64,000 bases of DNA. It comes from Cenococcum geophilum (lineage: Eukaryota). A program made the position numbers and the translations under genes. Below, one piece after another: positions 34,027 to 47,205 of this stretch. The stretch covers positions 5,394,001 through 5,458,000 of the forward strand of contig CP158636.1 in NCBI GenBank assembly GCA_050273025.1, written 5' to 3'. Numbering within the stretch: position 1 is the stretch's first letter; each line of letters starts with the position of its first letter. The notes under the pieces were generated by a model. The model made no database searches. It worked only from the letters and a program-made list of their open reading frames with translations, and was not told the origin of the DNA.

Positions 34027-35049
34027 AAGGAGCCGTATAAAGGTGGAGGTTAAGATTGCCTAAGGACTTTGCGCCCGAGGCAGTCTACAGGGAAGCTGTC
34101 GCGGGAAGGATTGGCAGCGTAATGGAGATGGTGTCGGAGGATGTATATCCGATGACCGTGGCTGCGCCTGTTGATTCAAGTGTATAGTTGATGTGAACGG
34201 GGAGAGGCACTTGAGGATCTGGCTGTGAATTAAAGCTGTCTTCGACGGTTGCAACGGAGCTCCTAAGCGTATGGGAAATTTGCATGGTGTTGATGATATG
34301 GTTGATTTTGGAGGAGATGAAGATATGATTGTCTTACCTTTTTCTTTTCTGATTCATAGAAGTTTTATACGATGATAGAGATTGGAATGTTAGATAGCAG
34401 AGGCCGAGATGCATTACATGTTGCCTAGAAGCTCTGACCATGCCTTTCCAAGGTTTGCCGTACATAGGCTGTGCCCAGGAAGCGTTGTGCTCTCCAAGCT
34501 AACTAAATATTCCGGCCGAAGTGCCAGGCGCCCGGGCAGACTTACTTCAGCAACGTGACAAGTCGAATTGCGCACTTAGCTTCGCAAGCGATTTTTCGAA
34601 GGCTCAAAGTGTCCTTCGTGCTGATTACTCTCTTACCCTTGAGCAGGTTTTTGTGTCCATCGAAACCTTAACTTTCTTGAATACGTGGTGCCGTTAAACG
34701 CCAAGAACAATTTTTGTTCAACGCTAAATATTTTAGGACAACCGCCTATTGGGCCGACATATACGCACGTGAGTGGTCGAGTATATGTAGGGCGATTGAC
34801 TCAGCATGCTCAGACCAAGAAACAGATGAATATCCGCTGCGCGGATAATCGAATATCCGCAAGCTAACCTATTCGATCGATCCATCTGTTTCTTGGTCTG
34901 AGCCACTTTGGTAAGCTTTTGGAAGCCGAGCCGGTCTGTTTATATAAGGTAAACCATTAACTTTAATGAAATTAATGTAAGTAACCGCCACGTCTATTAT
35001 CCTGTTAATACCTACATTAGAATTACCTTAATCAGCTCTCTAATTAATG

Positions 35050-37860
35050 GATTTTCTAGAACCAACTACCAGCTATAGGCGCATCTAAAAGGCGTTGAAG
35101 AAACCCCTCTATTTTGTCTAGCAGGAGCCAGTCTTCTTAAGCTTTTAATAATAAACTACCCTCTCTATTAACCAATACCGCTAGAGGATTAAGAGATATA
35201 GCGGATATAGTGCCCGAGGGCATCAGCCGTCTTATTCTACCCCTATTATCTCCCCTATTGTCTCCCCTATTATCTCCCCTATCGCTATTTATAGCTTAAT
35301 AGCGGTCCTTAATAGCCTACTCACTACTGCTAAACTATATAGATCCCCAAGAGAATAAAAAAGCAGGAGTTAATAAAATACCCGCAATATCCGTAATATC
35401 TGCTAAGAAGATATCCGCTACAGAGAAGGTCTGGGTAATTGTTAACTGTCTTAGGCTATAGCGGATATCTATAGGAGACCTAGCGCTTAAATGGATTATA
35501 ATAGCTAAAGGTTTACGTAAGGCACTAAAGAAAAAAAAAGTAAGGGAGCTCCTTAATAAACTCCTAGAGGATGCTAATATTCTAGATATCTATACTAAAG
35601 AGATAGAGAAGCGCGGCATAGTAGGTGCTAGTGTTACTCTTATTATCTAGGGAGAGCTTAAAGAGCTAAGGGAGAAAGAGTTACTATTTGGTAGCTTTGA
35701 CCAATATGCGGATATTAAGCAGCTTAACCTTAGGCAGTGCTATTAAGCCGTAAAGACTTACGCATCTATACTAGAGTATATAATTATAGTATGTTAAGAG
35801 GGTTAACGCAAATATTCTTTATATAAAGGCCGTGCGGTTCTAATAGCTTCTACGCTTATATTTGGCCTTTTACAAAACTCCGTAAACTATATCCTATAGC
35901 TGTTAGGGATATATCTCTAAGCTAACGGCGTTAAGCGCTGCGTACTTTCTGTGCTCTATGGGCTTAGATTAATTAATAGTTATATTATTTTAAACTAGTA
36001 GAAGGAGCGGATAGCCTAGGAATTAAGGTTTAGCCTATAATCTCCGCGGTGTAGGTATATACTAACCTATATATAGGTAAAAATCCGCTTAATGGGTGCA
36101 GCTTCTAATACTATTATTATTTATAATAACTTCAACTACCTCTAATAAGTTTAGTATTAAATACTTAGGGATACTAGGACGTTCTATTTGCGTATAACTG
36201 GCAAGCTTATCTTTAGTGTAAGTATACCTAATAGTGGGCTTTAATAGAGCATGCTTTGTATAGATATTCTAATTAAGTTCTTGGATATTATAGAGGCTCT
36301 AGGTAATTTATAAGATAAGATATAAAAGTAGATCTTAACAGCTTTAATCTATAAAGCTATTATAGAGGCGTACCTAGGCCTTAATATATTACTTAGCAAA
36401 AACCCGCGGTTTAAATATCTACGTATGCCTTCTATTAATGTAATACCCGCTACGCGGACGTTTAGGTTTAACCTAGAACCTATTATAACTAGAGAGGCTT
36501 CTATATCTAAAACCTATAAGGTACTAAATAATATTTTTCTCTATTAAATAAATCTATAACGTACTAATAAAGTATTTAAGGAGCGACTATTTCTAATCTA
36601 TAGTAATTAAAAGACCGTAAAGCTTATTTGGTTATGTTAGGGAGAACGTACTAAGTTAATATCCGCCTATAATAGCCTATATTAGGCTCTGCCTATTTTA
36701 GCTCTTTGGCACCTAAAGCTAAACTACCTATATATGGTTATATAGTATTACTATAGTGGCAAGCAATTAGCCTAAGAGTACTCTATGCTGTATACCTATA
36801 TAAACTACCTAGGTTAAAGAAATATCCCAGCTAAGTGCGCGCCGTTTTATTATATGGAGGAGCTAATTCTCCATAGCTTCGACGCTCGTATTATAGCGTT
36901 ACTCTATACTTAGATTAAGAAGTCTTATAACACTAAGTCGCCTATAGATATTAAGCGGTACCTTAAAAGCCTATCTCCGTAACGTCTATTAGTAGTAGTT
37001 AAGGATATCCGCACAGCGGTTTTTAGTTAGGAAGTCTCTTAGGCGGCCAACTATACTAGCTAGCCTACGGAACCATGGTAAAAGGGTTACCTTAAGTAGG
37101 CTAGCAGTGCTGTATTCTTATAAATACTTTCTAAGCCTGCTAATGCAGAGTTTCTAACGCACGTCTGCTTTTTATAACTGGTAGAGACGTATAAGGTCCT
37201 TAAGTACGCCATTAAGCTTGCGGATATTGGCCTACTTAGCTGTATACTCCCCCGTATTTATATCTATTTTGTAAGTAATTAAAATAAGAACTATCTACTA
37301 GAGATGTTACGTTTCTTCCAGTTAACTTTAATAGATGCTTATTTCCCTAAGCTCTAGTAAGCTATCCTAGTAAATAGTTTAGTAAATATCCGCGGTAAAT
37401 AGGATAGTCACTACTTAATAGATCTTAACAACGAGCTACTTAATAGGGAGCTAAAGCAGCTTATGTATACTTGTGGCAATTTAATATTTAACCTAGACTT
37501 ACTCTTCCGCTGGAGCATTTATATAACTAATTATATAGGGCTACTACGTGTAAAGTTTAAGATTACGTTTAGCGAACGGATGTCTACTTAATATACTGTT
37601 AAATCTCCTATAGCGGATATTTAATCGCTTGCTAATGCGATTGCTAAAGGTTCTATTATCCGCCATTAGGTATAGCGAGTAAAGATAAAAGCGCCGCCTC
37701 TACTATAACTAGGTATTAAACAACTTAATTAATTTGCCCTTAATGAGTTTAATTTACGGCTAGGTAGTAATCTTTCTGCCGTATTTAATAAGCTTAATCT
37801 CTATAACAATAATAATAAGCTAGATGGCTTTGTACTCCCTACTAACTTTACTTAAACCTA
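35050..37860 (+). pseudogene. Academ-type (DUF6589-like) transposase remnant
   Basis: Degenerate translation: IIIYNNFNY, LPILALWHLKLNYL, FYYMEELILHSFDARII, KYAIKLADIGLL, NKNYLLEML, AILVNSLVNIRG..DS...IDLNNELLN; many TAA/TAG from RIP; boundaries approximate. Confidence 0.75.
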
Positions 37861-38189
37861 GCTTTAACCTATATATAAGTTGCTTAATAAGTAATATAAG
37901 ATATTAGCTATAAGCTATTACTATAACCGTTTAATATCCGCTATAGTTAGTAGCACTAGTATATATTCCCAAGTAATTAATATTATTAATTAATTAATCT
38001 ATTTAGTTCCTAGGCCGCGCTTACTAGGGGTATAGGGTATAAGGGGAAGGGGGGGCGTTATCCTAATAGATATTAGCTACTATAGTTATAATATCCGCTT
38101 AGCGGATATAAGGTAAACTTACCTAATATTAGCTAACCCCGCCTAATATTAACTAACCTTGCCTAATATTAGCCCGCTATATACTAATT

Positions 38190-40750
38190 GGCGTTGCCGT
38201 TAATTTCCTATAGTGCTCTTTATATATATTTACCTCTATTTAATTACGCTAACCGCCTTTGCGGTACTAATAAAGATATATCTAACTAGTGGGTTATTGG
38301 CGGTATAGATATATCTAACGGCTAGTATAAGGGTAATAATAGAGGAGTAGGAGCTAGAGACCTAAGAGTTGGTAAAGGTATAGGTATATCCTCTTTCTGA
38401 GTTATTAGTAAGAGGTCTATAGCTAACTGTTAACTAGCCTACGATATATTAGCGCTATAGTGAGGCGCTGATTGCCACGGCGCTAATATTTTAAATCTCC
38501 TATCTAAAACCTGCGAAGCCCGTATAAGAGCCTATAATAAGCGCTTATTTACAGCAGCGTGCTGCTTTAATGCTTAGGAAAACCGCTTTAATATCTATAT
38601 AATTAACCTAGAAGAACCTAAGAGTTACCCTATTTCTTTCTGTTTCTACTTTTATTCCTTATTTACTAAAAGCTTAATAAGGGACGGAAGCTCCTCACTA
38701 AGGATATTAGGATCCTACTTAGGCATTGCTTGCCTTAATAATGCCGTATCTAGAACCCACCCTATATTATAGAGGCGATAAAGCTGCTTATCCGGTATAA
38801 TATAATTAACTATAGGCGTCTATAATATATCCTAATACCTAGCCTCTGCCTATTGCGTAAACCACTTCTATATATTGCTTAATATAGGCTTCTAGCGGGT
38901 TTTTATAATATCCGCACTATGGCTAGTATAAATATCGTACTCGCAATCCATAAATATTACTAGGTTATAGTTACTGTAATATAAGTCTTTACTAATAGTA
39001 GACTGTGGGTCTCTATAGTATATAAGTTATATTACTTATAAGCATACCTAATCCTTATTAACTAGCCGCCATAGGGTAAATGGCAGTTTACTACGCAACT
39101 GCGTATTAGTTAACCGCTTCTTTAGGTATAGGGTTAGTACAATAAGCTCTTTAGGTAGGCGTACTATAGAACTACTAGGGCTTAACCTATACCCGCTTCT
39201 TATATTTACCAACTACTTAGTACTAATTGACGCTATAGATAAAGCATCGCCCGTAATATCCACAGTCTCTGCGTTTTGTTGCCCGCGGATATTATTGCGC
39301 AGCGCGCTTGCGCGAAGATCGCCTATACACTAAGGTTGTATATGCTTAGAACCACCTAATTTATTATAAGGACCCCGCCAGCGGCTCTTAACTATAAAGA
39401 TTACTTTGCCTAAGAGGCCTTCTCCTCGGCCTGCCTGGCTAAACCGCTATACTAGTATATTATAGGATTTATGGCGAGGTATTCTATATTAGATTAAACG
39501 GTAGATATCTAGGATATCTGTACTATGTGCTACTGCATCTAATATAACAAAAATTCGAATTTAAGATATTAGGCGCGCGTATTTGGCGTATAAGCGGTCT
39601 TTATTAATATCCGCAAGCGTTATATAGTAGCTCTACACCGCTTCTCTAGCAATAGCAGCATTATAGCCGTGATGGATTAACTAGCTGCGAATAGTATTAC
39701 GACAGGCAGCTATCTACTCCTTAGAATTAAAGAAGATAATCGTCTTTAGAATTAGCTGAAGTTAATTAAACTGTTAGCGGTATATCTGCTATATGGATAT
39801 TAAGTGGCTTTTTAATTACTCGCCTTCTCCTTAGTTACTATTACTAGCAGTATATAAATATACTAGAGTAGTAGTAATAGTAAAGTAAAGAGCTTGAAAG
39901 TTCTTCTTCTCTGGCGCGGTTATAACCCTCTATATAATCTTTAGCTCCGGCTAATTAATTAGGGTTTTAATAACTTATATATTAGGTTTAAACCTAGCTA
40001 GCTTATATATAGTCCGAAACATAGATAGGTCTAGTGTTATGGTATATACAAACTAAGGCTTATTAACTAAGACTAAACGTACTTTAAAGAGTTATGTGTA
40101 CGCTATACAGAAGGTCTCTCCTTAATTAGCAAGTAGGTGTACTTTATTAACCACTATAAAGGCAATATGGGAACGAAATATTAGGTCTATTAGAACCTTA
40201 TATAGCTTATTACTAACTAAAAGCTCTAGGGAGATAAGGATATATATATAGCTGCCTATACGGATATCCTTAATTAGCTTAGCGGATATTGTTTTCTCCT
40301 ATATATAAACAGGTTGAATATAAGGTAGCTTTATAATCTTTTTTACTTACTCTAACCTAATCGCGTTAAGTGGAAGAAGAATAATAATAACTGCATTAGG
40401 TATAAGACATAGTAGTGCTTATATTATTATACTCTTGCTAAAAGACGTTTTTGCCACAAGTATAAGATCTCGCCACTTAAATATCAGCACCCTTAGGGCC
40501 TCGAGCTGCTCCGTATAACCGCGGTATGGATATATCTCCGCAATAGCTTTATCTAGCTTACTTATTTAAAGTTTATAAGAGCTGCTTATAAGCTAGGGTA
40601 GCTTCCTCCATAGGCTATATAGCCGTAGAGACCACTAGGGATCTATTTTAATATAATCCCTAGCCTATTACGTACTGCTAGCTTATTAATCTACTTAACT
40701 AGCTTATAGTTTGCGACCTCTTTACCTTATTTGCTTTAATGGAGGCATTA
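38190..40750 (-). pseudogene. RecQ-like SF2 helicase remnant
   Basis: QLEALRVLIFKWRDLILVAKTSFSKS (motif I-like, about 40430-40510) and RFSQAGRGEG (motif VI-like, about 39415-39450); heavy RIP; boundaries approximate. Confidence 0.78.
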
Positions 40751-41358
40751 GTAGATAGCGCTTAAAAGTAGTAGAGGGAGAATAGAGGGTTAGATAAAGG
40801 CAGGGAGGACTTAAATACGTTATAATAGATAGATCTTAATAGGTTTTAATTATTAGATTATGGATATAATAGATAGAAAGTAGGTAGTTAAGATTAACGC
40901 GTCGTTAGTGCGGATATTACTAATTATTTACTTTAGCAAACCGCGTTACAGCTATTTTAAAATTAATGTTAGGAATAGGAAGGCGGGGAGACTTCTTACG
41001 TAGACTATTTAATTCGCCGGAGCCTAGTGTATAATTAATGGATTTTTTAAGCTGCCTAAACTTGTTGTAAGAATAAGAAGTAAATATCCGTAATATCAGC
41101 CATGCGGATATCGCGATGTGCTTTATAAACGTCGGCCAAAGTGTCTCAGACCACACAGGGACAGATGGCCTAAACTGGTTTAGTGCCATCGGGCCGGATT
41201 TATCCGGCGTCCCATGTGGTCTGAGCATGCTGAGACAAGTAGGGTGAGCCACACGTGACAAAACTACGTGCTACGATCGCCAAGATCACGTGTCTCTAAC
41301 GTCGATTAACTCCACAAAGTGAAAAACAGTAAACAACACATCCAGGGTTTCGAACATC

Positions 41359-43215
41359 ATGCCTCTACCATCCCTGAGGCCTAACCTTAGACCCAAAAAT
41401 AATCCTGAAAAGTCCAGAGAGACTGCAAATAGACCCGAGGTGCATAAACCTGCAAACACTGGCAGCTCCTATACTTAGAATAGTGACTAAACATGCGTGA
41501 TCTAGAAGCTGACCTCATCGACTCGACTTCCTCATCGCGAACCCCCTCAAGACGTTGATTCTCCCTCTCGAAAACGTCAATCGCCGACCCGACTACCTCT
41601 ACCTTCAGGCACCTCGCAGCGCCCGGGCGATGAAGTGAAGGGGAAGAGCCAGCTCTCCCAAAGGGGAGAGGCTAAAGCAATTGGTGAACGCTTAATATCA
41701 TATCGAGGAGGGATTGGAGAGACAACACAACAACATGGAGAGTCGAGGTTGGTGTCGCGAGGTCGGGCTCAGATACCCAGTGCTTCTGGATCAGCTACCA
41801 TGACAGTAGACCGTGCACGGCTTGCAGAGGAGAAGCCTACTCGATCACGACCACAATCCATGTATCAAAAGAGTTCGTTCGAGAGCACCACAGAAACAAA
41901 ACGGAGGTCTCAAGTGATAGAGCCTGCGGAGGCTCCCAGAAAGACCTCAATGCCACAGCCGTCTGGCATCAGCCGATCGCAGTCCTTACGCAAGCCTACA
42001 TCTTCGGGGCAGGCGACACGGTCATTCGGCTTACGATCCCACGTGAAGAATTTATCTACTAATGCCACGTCACCTCCTAACTTGGGCATTTCCGAACTCG
42101 TAGCTGACACGGAGAAGCACGAAAAATCTTCACTCGGCCCGTCCTCGACGGCTCACGCACGGGACGGGAGTGTCTCCACAGTGGACAGTGAAAATAGCGG
42201 GGTCAGGAGCTCACAGCGTATATCAAACATGAAAGCCGGACTTAGGCGTACAGCTAGCACCACTTCTAAACCCGAACGACCGGATAGCTCGGCATCTACA
42301 GGCACTACTGACACAGACCCTGCGCTATCTACGTCTAGTACTGTTCGACGTAGAGAGCCCACCAAGGGCGATGGAGGTAGACGTCCGCGACCGGCATTTT
42401 CAACGCTTCAGCAGCATTTCACGCCTAAAAAGACTGTCAAGGCCTTAACATCAACGTTTATAAATCCTCCTGCCCAAGATCCGGCGGCCAATGGCACTAT
42501 GTCTGCAGATGTTATTCGCTTACAAGCTGAACTACTGCAGTTGCATCTTCTGCATGAATCGTCTGCGCAAACTAGCAGGCAATGGGAACTCAGTGCGAAG
42601 AGGAAGCTTCACCAGAAATTCGACGAAGTTGCCAGCATGTACCAGATCATGCGAGACAACGAGCGTCAAATTCGAGAACAGGCCAACTTGCGCGCTCTGC
42701 AAGACTGGAATAGTGGGGACACGTCTTTCGGGCTTGCTGAAAACATTCAACTGCTCTCAGCGCCTCTTCACGAGCTTCCTGCGTTGGTAGACCCGGGAGG
42801 ACGATATATGCGCCTGACTGACGACTTTGAGGGGTGGATGAATTGGGTCAGTCGGGTTTGGGAGAAGCGAGAGCGAAGGCTGCAGGAAGGCGGCCGGGAC
42901 CTGGACTCTGCTGAAGGCCTTGGAGATGCTTGGAAAGCCGAAAATGCAGCCCTAACGCGCAAACTGACCGTGTTCTCGCGGGATCTAGAGACATTGGCTG
43001 AGCCGGCAGCAGGCTCGAGTGTAGCTGCGATGGTGAGCTGCTGTCGCCAACTGCTGCGCGGAATGCTGGAAGAGTTGCAGACGATGCAGTCTGTCGAGAT
43101 GGAGGTGGTGTCACGGGAAAGAGAATGGATTGAGGGGGGCCTTGCAGCTTTGGCAGAAGACATCAGTGCCCATCTTGTTGAGACGCAGGAAGGTAGCGAA
43201 TCCTGGAGAGACTAG
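41359..43215 (+). CDS. Conserved hypothetical protein: disordered basic S/T-rich N-half, coiled-coil C-half
   Basis: Short first exon MPLPSLRPN... plus intron (about 41440-41505) joins the frame of the 526-aa ORF; RPAFSTLQQHFTPKK and RLQAELLQLHLLH blocks. Confidence 0.8.
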
Positions 43216-45168
43216 TGTTGATCACCTCTGCTGGTTTTTGGCATTATTTCCGGAGTAGCACTATCTTGGCACTGCGCGATGTGTTGCGTGTAAAACTAAT
43301 GCAGCCAAGTGTCTTTGCCTGCGTAAAACAAGCTCAAGCCTATTTCGTCAAGAAGCCTCCGAGGATACGAGCAGGTACTCGCTTGCGGTTCAAGATAGGT
43401 GAGGGATTTGGAAATCCATCATCGATTTCCCAAGGTGGCAGTTGCTGGAGATTCAGGCCTGCAGATGATATAAAGACTCCGCGTGTTCGCGGTTTCACCC
43501 TTGGACTCGATCGCGGTTAGGCCTCCGTGTTGAGCCGCACGCTGGGTGTTGCCAAGATGATGACCTCAGCTGAGGAAATGAAGAATTCAGCCGTTTCATT
43601 TGTTCGGTCGGTGCTTTAATCACCACACAGGGCATGAGTAAGCACTAGGCGTACTGGCGCACGCATAGATGGCCTTATCCGGAAATGGGAGTAATCACGA
43701 ATATCTAGGACTAATTGTCAAGATTGGGTATCTATAGTCAGAACTCGTGTCCGAGACTGTTTCGGCGCCGTTGCCGTGGCGGTGGTAAGGCTGATGGTTC
43801 AGAGGGTTAAGAGGGGCTGAGAGGGCTGGGATGGCTGGGATGGGCTGGGATTGGCTGGGTTGGCACACATGGCGGCGGAGAGATGGTCTCAGCCCTAACA
43901 AGGTGGAAAGCGAGTGGGCCGCATTGATTGCGTGAATTGAATTGCGCGAGTTGGGTGAGTTGGGTATTCGTGAAGGACAGGTGAAACACGGCAGAAGATA
44001 TCACTTCGGTGGTCATCCGCGTACTTTTGACGTTCGCGCACGGTCCACCTCTCGCAGGACTTCACCAGCGGAAGGGATAGGCTCTGTTATTCATGATTAT
44101 GGATGCAAATCGCTAAAAGTTTAAATTCGTATCGGCCCTATGGCGGTTATGTTTACACACCGGGCATAGCACGGCTATTACCTGGCCGTTACTTCGGTGG
44201 CCCGCCGCAAAGCAACAGGTCCGCGGATGGCAGGGCGACCGTTACGCATCTAGCGGAATTGGCTTCCACGCTTGTGTTGCTCCGCTCGCCGAACATCGTC
44301 CACCAACACCAGGATGCGCCTTTATATGAGCATGTCTCTCGCGTTACTAAAGCCACCATGCTCGTTCGAGAAAGTGCATAAGCTGCGCGCATCAGCACTG
44401 CTCTTTCCACGCGACACAGCCCAATCCTAGCGCCTGTCGTGATGTTATTACCAAGCAGCTTTTGTCCGTTGATATGATTACTCAGCCGCCGTTTCCCACC
44501 GTCCCTTTTACTCAACTCCTTTCCCTATGGCTGCTCCCTACTGGCCGACATGGCTGTAGTACCGCTCGTTTGATACGACTTTGGCACATTGGCGCATTCG
44601 CACCGTCTTCGCGTTGTGCGTCCTCCATCAGCTTCGTTTTTCTGTACATCCTGGCACCCGTCTTTCGAACTACCGCCGCTTGTTTGCCAGCGGTGAACGG
44701 GACGGCTTCCTGTCCTACAGCATTTCGGACCCTTGACATTCTTCTAACAGCCGAAGGAACCGCGGACGGCAGTGGCGCAACTCTCCTTTTTAGTCCCGCT
44801 TCTATTTCTGCACAGGCGTCTGTCCACTCTAGTCTGACGGCGCTTGGATGCATCAATAAACCGCTAGTTACTCTACTCGGTCATACCATATATTTTATAC
44901 TGTCAATTTATTTCATACTCTTCCATCCCCGGCGTTTTTCCAACATAATCATCCCCGCCGTCAGCTCAGCTCTTGAAGGTCTTTTCATCGCAGCTTCACC
45001 CCGACTTTTTTCAACATTACTAATCCCTCTTAGCACCGCGGGGGGACTTGCTTCGGGCTTCGGAGTTCGTCCGAAATCGAAACCGTTAGTCTTGGCCCGG
45101 AATCGCCTCAGGTAGACGAATGGCGGACTGGACAGGTTCCATTTGTCTCTCAAGGGCTGGTGCTACTC

Positions 45169-47205
45169 ATGGAACCTGGCTCGGGAAGGAAAAGGCCTTG
45201 GGAAGAAGAAAATACAACCCACGTCCCACCTGCCCGCCCAGCGTCGACTTCTGCGCCGCGCGAGAGTCTAATTCCCCCGCTGCCGCAACGTGCCGACTGG
45301 TACGCTCGTGACAGCCAGGATCAGGGTCACAGGAGACTGCCCCCATTATACACCCCCTCATGCGCCGCATCAGCAGAGCATGGCGTAGGCGCATCAAGCT
45401 CATCCCAGGCATCGTCTCAATTCTTCGGGCCTGTGGGATTCTTCGATGTCTTTCAACCAAAAAGACAACGACTTCAAGATGGCGAAGGTATGATTCTACC
45501 CTTTCATCGTCCTGACTCAGCCGTTCAGCGACAAATGTGCGGTGTGAAGAGCCGCAACGCATAATTGGCATGGATTAGTCGTGCCTCTGTTCGGCTACCT
45601 GTTTCAGCATGCGTCCACCATCGTCAGTGGCTAAATCCTGATTACAGAACCATCAATAACCTATCTGAGTGAGCTTGAGTCGAATCAATCTCTACGCCCA
45701 CTTGTCACTGATGCGCAACACTTTCGATTCGGGGCTGATCCGGCGCCGCATGCAGCAGGGGCAGTGATCTGCTGTAATCCCACCTGCTCAGGCCAAACAT
45801 GTTCCAAGATTCGTACAGTAGTCCAGAAGCTTGCCTCAGAACTTATCATATTGGATTCAAGGGTTAGATCAATCTTGCACAGTAACACTCAATCGCTCAA
45901 AGAGGTAAATTTCCTGCAGAACGCCAACTGCGTGGCTCAAAATGCTCTGATTCGTCAATCATGGTCACTAATATTTCACATCAGACTCCTGAGGTCGAGA
46001 GCGTGGGCACTGAGAAATCACTTCAGTGGGCGCTTGATCTTGTGCAATGGACCAATCTCAAATTACAAGATCATACCGAAAGATTAGTCGCACGCGCTCC
46101 CGAGCAAGGCCTTTATCAAAGCGAACCGACTTCGGCTGTAGGCCTTTACGAAACCATGAAACGAAGACAAGAGAATATTGATCGCGAAGAACATTCACCC
46201 TCGACTAGGCCGCCACCCGGCTCACTGTACGAACTCCCGAGGTTCCCACATCCTGCTAGAATTCCCGAGGATAATCGGAGAAGTCTTTATAGCAGCGACC
46301 TCCCATCTATGTCACACTCACCGCATCGTACAGCATCATCAGGCTCAATCTTTATCCCCCCTCAGTCTCCACTGCAGGCCTCACAAACATTACGCAGTGG
46401 GATGCTCCCATCACCATCATCAATGAATTTCCCTACTGGACCTAACCTACCACCAATCTCCCCGCCTTCTTCTTCTGTGCAAACTTCTGCTCAAGCAGTC
46501 CATTTCCAGGATCTTCAACATCAGGTCAGCATCAAGACGCTAGCATTTCAAACGTTGCAGCGTGAATACGACAGTCTTCTTCAGAAGCTCGAGCGGCAGC
46601 GGACCAAGTGCGCAACGCTAGAGAAGAAGTTTGAAGTCAGTGATGTCGAGATCAACACACTAACGGACGAAAGGGAGAAGCTGCAAGCGCAAATCGCCGC
46701 GCTCGAATCGCATGTTGAGGAACTCCAAAAAAGTCGCGATGAAGCACGCCGCCAACTCTCCGCTAATGGCGCTCAGTACATGCGCATAATGGAGATGGCA
46801 AGCCGACTGCAAGCGCAGGGGGCTGAAGACAAGAAACGCTGGGAGGCAGAAAAAGTCGAATTGGAGCGTAGAATCAAGCTACTGGAGGAGGCGATGGTGA
46901 CCGGGGGGGAGAGGCCGGACGCACCGCTCACGCAAGCTGCAACTGAACCGTTTCATCCTACATCGGTGAGGCAACCGGCAGCTTCGACTACGACTGCTCC
47001 TATGACTCCAACGTTAGCGTCTTCGGCCGAGACAATAGCTGTCCTCCGCGCCGAAATCGCAAGGCTGCGCTCGCGGACCCAATCGCTGGAAACGGCATTG
47101 CAGACAATGAAGGATGAGAGCATCTCCATTCAGGCTGCAGCTCAAACGCTGGTTGGCTCGGGCCGCAAGGTCAAAGACGCGGTGGATACTGTGCTTGGGG
47201 AATGA
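45169..47205 (+). CDS. Hypothetical coiled-coil protein (multi-exon)
   Basis: MEPGSGRKRPWEE first exon, GT..AG introns, last exon with DLQHQVS.KTLAFQTLQREYDSLLQKLERQRTKC coiled coil. Confidence 0.78.

Larger units (their letters stand above)
34796..41238. mobile_element. AcademH-like DNA transposon (Academ transposase + RecQ-like SF2 helicase), RIP-inactivated, 6443 bp
   Basis: 22-bp TIRs TTG(A/T)CTCAGCATGCTCAGACCA (34796-34817, 41217-41238); 9-bp TSD GTAGGGCGA (34787-34795) / GTAGGGTGA (41239-41247); two convergent degenerate genes inside. Confidence 0.87.

Noticed and set aside
17100..34700. Possible Starship giant transposon
   Set aside because: The content is cargo-like, but I found no DUF3435 tyrosine-recombinase captain and no defined termini or target duplication in this window.
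34800..41240. Repeated GCGGATA motif read as a CRISPR-like array
   Set aside because: Seven-base units, irregular spacing, both orientations, eukaryotic context and no cas genes.
43600..45150. ORFs 44462-45115 and neighbours
   Set aside because: Non-ATG or weak starts and no motifs; better explained as promoter or long 5' UTR of the gene at 45169.
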